A DNA stretch of 64,000 nucleotides from Octopus sinensis (taxonomy: Eukaryota): contig NC_043017.1 of the NCBI RefSeq assembly GCF_006345805.1, positions 13,888,001 to 13,952,000 on the forward strand. Direction: 5' to 3'. The translations under genes were made by a program, and so were the position numbers. The notes beneath the pieces are model-generated. The model searched no databases and was not told the DNA's origin. It worked only from the letters and a program-made list of their open reading frames with translations. Positions 1 to 10,935 of the stretch are shown here, piece by piece. Numbering within the stretch: the first letter of the stretch is position 1; each line of letters begins with the position of its first letter.

Positions 1-198
1 ACAGCTACAACAGACACTGCACCACCATCAGCAGCTGACACAATTTCTTCAGGTGCAGATCTATGGCTTCTTGAGACTGATGGATGCCAACTACTGCTAT
101 CATCTCCACTCACATACATTTTCCTTATCTATTTGATACTCTCTCTTGCTTTTATATTTTTCTTCTATTTTTAACAAGTTCTATCTCAGACGTTTTAA

Positions 199-413
199 CC
201 CTTTAACATTCAGATTATTCTGTCTAATCTAATGCTTACTTATTCACATTGAATTAAACGTGCATTATCTTTTTGCATTGAGAGTTCGATGATGTGCTTG
301 TTTATTTTTAGCATGACATCATAGGGCAGGTGTGAGAAGCTGAATATAAGCAATCTGTACATAAAACAGGTAGAATATCTGGGCTGGATCTGGCCGGTTT
401 AAATGCTAAAGGG
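199..413. mobile_element. piggyBac-like MITE
   Basis: TTAA|CCCTTTAACATT...AATGCTAAAGGG|TTAA; related copies at 4808 (SINE-interrupted), 8356, 10342 and 24180. Confidence 0.75.
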
Positions 414-563
414 TTAAAGTTGATCTCTCTCTTCCCTTCTTTTCTCTGTCCCCTCCTTCGCTTCCTCTTTCATGACACCTTGGTTAAGTGCCTTCTACTC
501 TAGCTTTGTGAGTGGATTTGGTTGATGGAAACTAAAAGAAGCTCATCATATATATATATATAT

Positions 564-925
564 CGCAGGAGTGGCTGTGTGGTAAGTAGCTTGCTAACCA
601 ACCACATGGTTCCGGGTTCAGTCCCACTGCATGGCATCTTGGGCAAGTGTCTTCTGCTATAGCCCTGGGCCGACCAATGCCTTGTGAGTGGATTTGGTAG
701 ACGGAAACTGAAAGAAGCCTGTCGTATATATGTATAAGTGTGTGTGTCTGTGTTTGACAACCGATGCTGGTGTGTTTACGTCCCCGTCACTTAGCGGTTC
801 GGCAAAAGAGACCAATAGAATAAGTACTGGGCTTACAAAGAATAAGTCCCGGGGTCGATTTGCTCGACTAAAGGCGGTGCTCCAGCATGGCCACAGTCAA
901 ATGACTGAAACAAGTAAAAGAGTAA
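564..925 (+). mobile_element. tRNA-derived SINE family A with internal (TA)n
   Basis: Head with A box TGGCTGTGTGG and B box GGTTCAGTCCC. Copies at 7570-7980(-), 29165-29570(-), 36785-37580(+), 38665-39030(+), 44812-45215(+), 56262-56683(-) and 59506-59850(+); partial at 12123, 19325, 33080 and 39090. Confidence 0.9.
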
Positions 926-1065
926 TATATATATACATATATATATATATATGCTGAGCTTCTTTCAGTTTCCATCAATCAAATCCACTCACAAAGCTTT
1001 GATTGGCCCAAAGCTAGAGTAGAAGGCTCTTAACCAAGGTATATATCTATCTATCTATCTATCTA

Positions 1066-1132
<67 letters not shown>

Positions 1133-2021
1133 ATATATATATGCATGCATATATTTCTATGTGTGTGTCTTTGTATCTGTGTTTGCTCCTCACCACTGCT
1201 TGACAACCGGTGTTTGTATGTTTATGTTCCCGTAACTTAACGGTTCAGCAAAAAGAAGGCCGATAGAATAAGTACCAGTACTTTAAAAAAGTAAATTCTG
1301 GCGTCTACTGATTTGGTCGGCTAACATCTTTCAAAATAGTGCTCCAGTGTGGCCTCAGTCAAATGAATGAAACAAATATAAGTGTTAAGGGTTCCTCACA
1401 TATCTTTTGTCCATCTTTTCTCTCGACCAATCATATTATCTCCCTTGTTGCCAGATATCTATGCAAAATAATGGACTTAGTATTGGCAGCAAATGAACTT
1501 TGAAAAACGGTAAAAATCTTGCTGCAGTATCACGATAGGTAAATTTAAGTAGAACTGATAAACAAGTATAGGCCTGTTCGTGTAAGGGAGATAATCACTT
1601 CTAGATAATACTTGATAGGATTAGAAGTTTGGAAGTGAAATGGAAGAACGAAGAAGCGCTACATTTTCGTTATCTCACCCCCATTAAAAAATTGGGTTAT
1701 CTCCCCTAACTAAAAAATTGCTTAACCCTCAAATTGATGGCAACCACAAGAACGTTATTTTGGTGTGTTTATGTTTTAAATGTTTTTATTTTTATGAATA
1801 TGAATGTTTTATGAAAATAATTTTTAAGAAAATGTTTTTAGTGTTTTTATTTGAAAAAAATTTTACTGATTTTACTGATTTTTGTTCAATATTTTTATAT
1901 TTTTATTGTTTTTATTCTGATGTTCATCAGAAACCCTCTTTAATCCTTTAATCCTTACTAATTCTCTCCCAAACCCTTCTGATCCTCTTGATTAGAATTA
2001 ATCTCCAGTTATAAAAACTGA

Positions 2022-2057
<36 letters not shown>

Positions 2058-2449
2058 AAACGTTGTTCATTTATTGTTTCTCCCTTCCTTCGAACCCCAA
2101 GGGGTTAAGGGACTTGTCAATTGTTAATTGTCCTTATGTGATTGCCAGAAACAGCAGCCAAATCTCCCTAAAATCAAGGTTTTCAGATCGATTTCCTAAA
2201 TAAAAACCTAAATTTTTCAGCAAGTTGTAGATTATTTGAGAAAGCAGCACAAAACAAACATTTTGTGAGTAAATTAAAAAAATATTGCTCGTAGATTTAG
2301 TCTAATTTAGTTCTTTGATGATTTAATATGATAGTCAATAGTGTGGAGGGGATTTGAACCCTAACTGCTAGGTGGGCACCACAAGTGAGCCACCACTGTT
2401 TCAAGCGATTGCTGAATCAGCGTGAAGCTCTGGCATGACATGGCTTACT

Positions 2450-2660
2450 CAGGTGTTCTAACATTTAACGGGAAGGTTTACGAAAATAAACAAAAGACGA
2501 AGGCAGGTGGAGTACAAACAAACAAATGTATTAGTATGGCGCTCAGGAATAGAAATAGAAAAAGTCTTTTACGTTTCGAGCCTACGCTCTTCAACAGAAA
2601 GATACACAGAAAAAACAAGGAGAGAAAAAAAATGCGTGTAGGAGCTAACGATCTAACTAC
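2450..2660 (-). mobile_element. PLE-like pseudo-LTR fragment carrying a minimal HHR
   Basis: Homologous to 21525-21715; HHR layout of the PLE minimal type. Confidence 0.5.
2565..2602 (-). ncRNA. Minimal hammerhead-like motif with CUGUUGA core variant
   Basis: Minus strand TCTTT-CTGTTGA-A-GAGC-gtag-GCTC-GAAA-CG-TA-AAAGA. Confidence 0.5.
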
Positions 2661-3347
2661 TTACACTTTTTAAAAACAATTGGGTGCTTAACACATGGCA
2701 GAGTGTTGAGAATGGCCAACTGATTCACATGCCTCACCCTTTGCCCTGCAGATGACCACTGGCATTCGATCAAGCAACATCAGACTTTTGCACAGATGAC
2801 TCGTTTCTTGGACAAATCGATTCTAAACATTCTCACCATGTCCTATAAGTAACTTCTATAGATACAGTATGGTTTTTTCCTCTCCTTCCAGTCTGCAGTT
2901 GTATTCTTTTCTACTCTAGGCACAAGGCCCGAAATTTTTGGGGAGGCGGCCAGTCGATCAGATTGACCCTAGTACACAACTGCTACTTAATTTATCGATC
3001 CCCAAAAAATGAAAAGGCAAAGTCAACTTTGACGGAATTTGAACTCAGAACGTAAAGACAGACAAAATACTGCTAAGCATTTCACCTGGCGTACTAACGT
3101 TTCTGCCAGCTCGCTGCCTTGAAACATATTCTTTTCTACTCTAGACACAAGGCCTGACATTTTGGGGGTGTGGGGGTGTTGGGGTGGGGTGGGGGCGTGC
3201 GGACAGTCGATCACATTGACCTCAGTACGCAACTGGTACTTAATCGATCCAGGAGATCGTCAGACAACCAAGAGTCGGACGGCGTAGTTATGTTTGGGAC
3301 GCCTGTAATTATATATTTTTTTTCAATCAAGGCTGACGACGTAAAGC

Positions 3348-3521
3348 AGTGCTCCGCAACCGGTACGCTGCGGCACATTGGTGTACCACGAGACGATGCT
3401 AGGTGTGCCGCAGTGTAACCTGGATATAATTTTTTTTACCTATACTCTTAGTTATATTTTTAGTTCAGGTGTGCCGCCGAATATTGAAAAGAATCTAAGT
3501 GAAAAAAGATTATGGAGCAGT
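3348..3521. mobile_element. Degenerate hAT MITE
   Basis: CAGTGCTCCGCAACC...GATTATGGAGCAGTG; imperfect 8-bp TSD acgtaaag/atgtagag. Confidence 0.55.
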
Positions 3522-3544
3522 GATGTAGAGACAATTTCAACAGC

Positions 3545-3670
3545 ATCGCTGTGTTCGTTCGAAGTCCTCTCTGTGTGAGAGTGGTCGCCATTTAAACCTT
3601 ATCGTTGTCGTGATGTAAATACCATAAAATGTCAGCCTTCTGTTGTGAAAGTTAATAGAAAATCTTTCAG
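3545..3670 (+). promoter_or_regulatory. Candidate promoter / non-coding first exon of TFIP11
   Basis: Unique CpG-containing stretch with a YY1-like CGCCATTT near 3586 and a cag|gtattt donor at 3670/3671. The start-codon exon has an upstream acceptor, so a 5' UTR exon is expected. The 5' boundary is a guess. Confidence 0.4.
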
Positions 3671-4616
3671 GTATTTCTGACAAAAAATACATTTTCTTTT
3701 GTCTCTCAATTAACTCGAATCAATAACACCATATCTGTGGTATATTTCTTCACTGTGTCAATCATGGAAAATATATATATTTCATTTATTCTGCATGTGA
3801 CTTAAATAACTTCAATGTTTTCCAAAAAAAAAAAAAAATGTTTCACTCAAACAACACAATAATCTCTCTGAATGTTTCTCCGTCGCTCCACCAATTCTTT
3901 CTGCTTTATGTCCACTTTCTGTTCCCCCTTCTCTCTCTTTTGATATATCGACTTTCATTTTAGTCTCTCCTCTACTCCATCCCTTTTACGTATATCTACA
4001 ATCTAGGATCTTTTCGGTTTGACCGGCAGTTTTTTTTAAATAATTTCCACGTAACTAAAAAATTTTAAACTTCGTATACTGGTAGAATGTGTTGATCGAA
4101 ACAAAGAAACAAAGTCATCAACAGCAGATAGGACATCATCATCATAGTGATACTGGCTCTCAGCCAAGTGATTTTTCATGTTTGGGAAGGGATAATAGTC
4201 AGATGGGGGCCACACCTGAGTAAGTGGTCAACTGTGACAGTCAGAGAAACTAATGATTGACAGATTCCAATATCATCATTGTAAACCATGACAGATGCTA
4301 GGGTAGTGAGTTGCAGATGAGAGAGAGAGGGAGCATTTCCTGTGCAATGCTGTTATGCTACTATTTGTACTGTTTTTTTTCCCTGTCATTAGGCCAGCTC
4401 CTCTAATAATTTAGGAAATCTGGAAGATTATGAGGGAACCAAAATTTTATAAAGAAAATATATTTCACTCTTAAATGTCATTCTTGGATATCTCTCTATA
4501 TCTCTCACTTCATCTTCAGATACCTTTCTTGCATTTCATCCACTCATCCATCAGTCAAACCAATTTATGAATCAATCAATTATTTTATCCATCTTTCTTT
4601 CCAGTAGATTTACAAA

Positions 4617-4725
4617 ATGTCATCTCCAGAAATTGAGAAGTTTGAGGTGACAGACTATGATTTGGCAAATGAATTTAACCCCAACCGAAGATATCGGCGC
4701 CAGACAAAGAACCAAGCTACATATG
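4617..4725 (+). CDS. TFIP11: TFIP11 coding exon 1 ([37 protein letters not shown])
   Basis: ATG at 4617 in context aaaATG; acceptor ttctttccagtag upstream; donor gtgagt at 4726, phase 1. Confidence 0.93.
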
Positions 4726-7700
4726 GTGAGTAAACCTACGTCTTATTCATATCCAACCCAACTGTGGTTCCAGTAGATCTGTATCTCTTAGTTCTGCATA
4801 CACTTAACCCTTTAGCATTCAGATTACTCCATCAAATGTAAGGGGGTAAAGACCCCCTTCAGTCATGAATGACCATGGGATTGCACCTAGAAAGTTACCC
4901 TCCTAGACACAAGTCCGGGCGAGGTTGTTTATGGAAGACCAGCAGTCGCCCATGCATACCGGCCTCCCCTCTCCATGCCACCAGTGTTATCCAAGGGAAA
5001 GACAAAGGTCGATACAGCTTGGCACCTGTGACATCGCAACTCATTTCTACAGCTAAGTGAACTGGAGCAACGTGAAATAAAGTGCCTTGCTCGAGAACAC
5101 AACACGCAGCCCGGTCCGGGATTCGAGCTCACAACCTCATGATCGTAAGCTCGACGCTCTAACCACTGAGCCATGTGCCTTCACGCATGGCTCAGTGTAA
5201 TGCTTATTTATTCACATAGTTTTGAATTAATCGTACGTTACTTCATAGTTATGAAATTTTGATGATGTGATTGTTTACTTTGTGGCATTAGGAAGGCAAA
5301 CCAACTCAGACTGGAACCCGGTGCAGACTGGAACCCGGCTTGCCACTAAGCATTTTGCCTGGCATGCTAATGATTCTGCCAGCTTCCGCCTTATTCAGAA
5401 CAAATATTACCAAATATTTTATCTGACTCTCTAAAGATTCTACAAATGTATTGTTTGTGAGTGAGATTTAGCTGTTATTTCTAGTAGAGATGCAATCTCC
5501 TTTATTGACTCCAGTTAAAACTCATTCCATGGGATGCATTCAAATATTTTATCCAATGTCTTACAGATGCTTCCAATTCTGTCATTTATATAAGAATTAT
5601 TGTATTTTATTGTATTTTTGCTTTATTTCACGTTTTTTTAAATTTTCTGTTGTTAGGAATCTGGGCTGATCCCGAGAGTGATGAAGAAGAAGAACGGCCA
5701 AGGTTTGGTAAGACAGGCGGTGCTATGTCTAGTAATGACTATACCATGAATTTTGTGAGTGGTGGCTTGAAACAGGAGGAGAAGTTACCTCAGAAAGATG
5801 ATATGGTAAATAATTATTGAGTTTGTTAAGGGTTTTTGTGGCTTTTTGTTGGTTGTTGTTGCTGTTGTTTAATCCCAGGTCAGTCCTGATCAAGCAGATA
5901 TATAACCAAAAGGGTTCCAGCTATGATCATTCCACCTTTTCGTAATATGTAGAACTATGTTATCAAAAGCGTCCCTTAATCATTCAACTCAGTAGGTTGT
6001 GATTTTAGGGAGACTGGGTAGTTGAGTGGTTGAGTGCTCACTTTGAGGGCCCCTCATTTGGAGCTTGTGATGGGAAAGAGAGAGGGAGAGAGGAGAGAGC
6101 TAAAAAGAGAAGAGAGAGGGAGAGCTAGAAAAATAGAGAGAGAGAGAGAGAGAAAGGAAAAAGAAGATGGGAGATGTATGATTGGTGATGACAATGTTAA
6201 AGTAAGTGGTTGGAGTTAGTATTGTTCAAAGTCTATCACCCTGAACATTGTTGTGTGATTTTTGGATAAGACTCTACTCATCTAAACCAAGCTGCGTCTG
6301 TCCTCACCCCAGGTGCACACCCACTATTCTCAGATTTTCTTGAAAGGCAATGTGTACCACACCCTTCCTCCAGATCATCATGGTAGTGGTTGATTAATGT
6401 CCTCCTTCCCATGCTGGTGTAGGTTAGACAGGTTGACAAGAGCTGGCAAGCCAGAGGACTGTGCCAATCTCTGATGTCTACTTCAACATGGTTTCTGTGA
6501 TTGGATGACCTTAATGTTAACCACTTCACAAAGTGTACTGCATTCTTTTTTTATGTGGCACTGGTACTCGTTACGGCGGTGAGCTGGCAGAATGGTTAGC
6601 ACGCCGGGCGAAATACTTAGCGGTATTTCGTCTGCCGTTACGTTCTGAGTTCAAATTCCGCCGAGGTCGACTTTGCCTTTCGTCCTTTCGGGGTCGATTA
6701 AATAAGTACCAGTTATGCACTGGAGTTGATGTAATCGACTTAATCCCTTTGTCTGTCTTTGTTTGTCCCCTTTGTGTTTAGCCCCTTGTGGGTAGTAAAG
6801 AAATAGATTGACAAGAGCTGGCAAGCCAGAGGACTGTGCCAATCTCCAATGTCTACTTCAACATGGTTTCTGTGGTTGGATGACCTTAATGTCAACCCCT
6901 TTACAAAGTGTATTGCATTCTTTTTTTATGTGGCACTGGTACTCGTGAAGCCACCGAGTAATTGCCATGACAAGACTCCTTGACTAAGGTTGATGTAGTA
7001 TTGAAATGGCTTTATACCAGGTGACAGAGGTTAATGTATGATAGAGGGACACATTCTGGTGTCTTGCTGTGTGGGAGATCTATGGTTACCTCAGTTGGAA
7101 TAGAAAGAAGGTGGTGAGGAAGAGGTGTCAGTGGGGGTACCTTCAGGCTACAGCAGAGTAAATATAAGGGGTCCAGAAAATCTGGACAGGAAGAATGGTT
7201 AGGTAAGTTCATGAGTATGTGAAAGGAGAGTGGCAGATGGATAGAGATGAAAATGGCAGTGAATAAAAATCACAAGTATGGCTGTGTGGTAAGAATCTTC
7301 AGGTTCAATCCCACCGTGTTTGTTCAGTGTTCAATTATTGTTGATGTTGGTATAATTCCTTCATCATCTCTCTTCTGTCATTATCATCATCATCATCATT
7401 TACCATCTGCTTTTCATGCTAGCATGGGTTGGATGATTTGACTGAGGTCTGGCGAACCAGATGGCTGCACTAGGCTCCAATCTTGATCTGGCAGAGTTTC
7501 TACAGCTGGATGTCCTTCCGAACGCCAACCACTTTGAGAGTGTAGTGGGTGCTTTTACGTGCCATCGGTTCTTTTTTTTTTTGACTTGTTTCAGTCATTT
7601 TGACTGCGGCCATGCTGGAGCACTGCCTTTAGTTGAGCAAATCGACCCCGGGACTTATTCTTTGTAAGCCCAGTACTTATTCTATCGGTCTCTTTTGCCG

Positions 7701-7774
7701 AACCACTAAGTGACGGGGACGTAAACACACCAGCATCGGTTGTCAAGCAATGCTAGGGGGACAAACACACACAT

Positions 7775-7818
<44 letters not shown>

Positions 7819-10800
7819 GACAGGCTTCTTTCAGTTTCCGTCTACCAAATCCTCTCACAAAGCATTGGTCGGCCCGGGGCTATAGCAGAAGGCACTTGCC
7901 CAAGATGCCATGCAGTGGGACTGAACCCGGAACCATGTGGCTGGTTAGCAAGCTACTTACCACACAGCCACTCCTGCGCCTGTATAGAGTTAATAAATGA
8001 TTTACCTGTAATATACTTTAGGTCAGTTCATTTCACTATATTCCTCACCCCTTGTCTTTGTTTTTTTTTTCTTTCTAGGATTCAGAAGATGATTCTGAAG
8101 AAGAAACTGCTGTGAAGGTTCCACAAAAGAAGAAAGTTCCTCTCAAGGCACCACCACCAAGAAGGTTTGCTGGAAGTAAAGATTTTGAAAGGTATGATTG
8201 CAATTAAGAGATAAAAGCTGTGGGGCAGGTGACCTGTCATGAAGTGAGTGGGTGTGTGTGGAGAACAAGTGGTGGTGTAGTGGGGCCAGTGACCTGTGGG
8301 GAGGGGGGGACAGATAATATGTGGCTGATTATTCCCCAGACATGCACTTCCTTAACCCTTTAGCATTTAAACCGGCCATATCCGGCCAAAAGTATTCTGC
8401 CTGTTTTAGGTTCAAACTGGCCAGATCTGGTCTCTCACACCAACCCTACAATGTCATTTTAAAAATTAACAGCTACCTCATCAAAATCTCATAGCTACAA
8501 GATAATGCAGGATTAGTTCAAGACAAGGTGGATGAAGAAGCATTAATTTTGGCAGAATAATGCGAACACTAAAGGGTTAATGTAATTTTCAATCAGGATC
8601 ATAAAGGCATGACATGTGACAAGGCTGTACTCTTGAATTACAGGTAAGGTCTCTCTGGTTGTTTGGATGCTACCTTGGATTGTCATCAGTTTCGTTCAGC
8701 AATTGAGTTCAAATGCCACTGAGGTTGAGTTTACCTTTCATCTTTTTGTGGGGGTCAATAAGTACCAGTTGAGCACTGGTACTTCCTCTGAAATTACTGG
8801 CCATATGCCAAAACTTGTGTGTATGTAAAAGGGAGGTATGTGAATGTTTGTGTGTGTGTGTGTCCAATGGAAGTGGGATGGTGAACATTCAATGCTGAAA
8901 GGGAAATTCAAACAGCGTTTCAACTCTGAGTATGTATGTATGTGTGTTTGTGTGTGTGTGTCCAATGGAAGTGGGATGGTGAACATTCAATGCTGAAAGG
9001 AAAATTCAAACAGCATTTCAACTCTGAGTATGTATGTATGTATGTGTGTGTGTGTGTACAAGGGAAATATGTGAATGTTTGTATGTGTGATTATTACGTA
9101 CCTTATTTTGTACCTTATTTGTATATAAGATACTACAATTAGCCGCCAGTTTTAACGGCACTGGGCCAGCTAGTAAATATTATATTTAACATAGTAATTG
9201 GAAAGCTAAAGGGTTAAAGATATAAATGTGGCTAACGGGAGGTAATTCTCTAAAATTATTCAAACTCAAAATCATTTCAATATTTAGAGATTGATTGAAT
9301 GAGTAGGAGACAGTGTGTTGGATTTGTTATAAATAAATGACTAAAAACCTTGGTGGTAATACCTCGGCATGGCCACAGTCACATAACTGAACTAGATCAT
9401 CATCATCATCATCATTATCATTTAACGTCCGTTCTCCACGCTAGCACGGGTTGGATGATTCGACTGGGGTCTGGGAAGCCAGGAGGCTGCACCAAGCTCC
9501 AGTCTGATCTGGCAGTGTTTCTACAGCTGGATGCCCTTCCTAACGCCAACCACTCCGTGAGTGTAGTGGGTGCTTTTTACATGCCACCGGCACAGGTGCC
9601 AGGGGAGGCTGGCAGTGGCCACGATTGGCTGGTGCTTTTTACGTACCACCAGCACAGAAGCCAGTCAAGGCGGCGCTGGCATCGGCCACGTTCAGATGGT
9701 GCTTTTTACGTGCCACCGGCACAGGTATCGCAACTACTATTTCCATTATATATTTATTTCGATGTTGATGTACTTGACTCAATAGGTCTCCTCAAGCACA
9801 GCAGGTCATGTACCACTGGAAAATAATAAAATGTGTTTGTGTTAAATGGAAATAGATCTACACTCCTTCCACCTTCCTCAGTTCATTTATTGACTACATG
9901 TTTGTAAACCATGTTTTTTTCTGTTTCATTTTATCTTTTTTAGTGATAAAAACTTTGGAAAATGGGAGAAACATACCAGGGGAATTGGTCAGAAACTTCT
10001 GGAAAAGGTAAGTTTGGCTCACAATAATTGTTTTGGTGGTTGTAAAAGTAGTCTTCATCAGTCATAACTAGTTTTATTTTGTCATAACTGTAGCTTTAAC
10101 AGGTTATAATTACAGTCTTTGCTGGTCATAATCATAGTAGCTTTGTTTAGTTATAACTAGGTACATCTTGTTATTGTAGCTTTATCTGGTCATAACTGTA
10201 ATTTTAGTAAGTTATAACTATTACCTTAGCTAGTCATAGTTTTGTCTGGTCATAACTATCGCTACATTGGTTATAACCATAGCTTTATCTTTCATAACTG
10301 TAATTTTTTCTCTTTATCATTAGAGTTATATGTCTTTACTTAACCCTATAGCATTTAATCTGGCCCAAATATTTTACCTGTTTTATATTCAAACTGGCCA
10401 GATCCTACTTCTTACACTACCTTACAATGTTATTTTGAATATATATAATTACATAATCAAAATCTCAGTGCTACAAGGTGATAAATGATTAGTTGAAAAC
10501 TAATGGGAATTAATAAACATTACATTAGACATGCTAAAAAATTAAGAATTAATTCATCCATTTATAGTTTGTTCTGTAAATTCTCTGATGTCACCATCCA
10601 GCAACTAGCTTCTTTTCCTGATAAATTTTAGATGGGTTACGAAAAAGGTAAAGGCTTAGGAAAAACCGCCCAAGGTATCACTGCACCCATTGAAGCTGTG
10701 AAACGTCGGCGCCGTGCTGGGTTGGAGTTCAGTGGCAGTGAGAGAACACAGCAGTCTTTGAAACACTATCCTGTACAAGATTCTGATGAAGAGGAAGAGA

Positions 10801-10903
10801 CTGAATTTAAGAATGAGCTTCACCAATGGAAGAGGGAACCCACGGTAAGTTTGTGATTTCTCAAATTTCTAAATTTATTCAGATAAATGTTGGTATGTTT
10901 TTT

Positions 10904-10935
<32 letters not shown>

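Noticed and set aside
500-957. Recurrent ORFs such as [14 protein letters not shown] and [15 protein letters not shown] as a gene family
   Set aside because: They are translations of SINE family A copies
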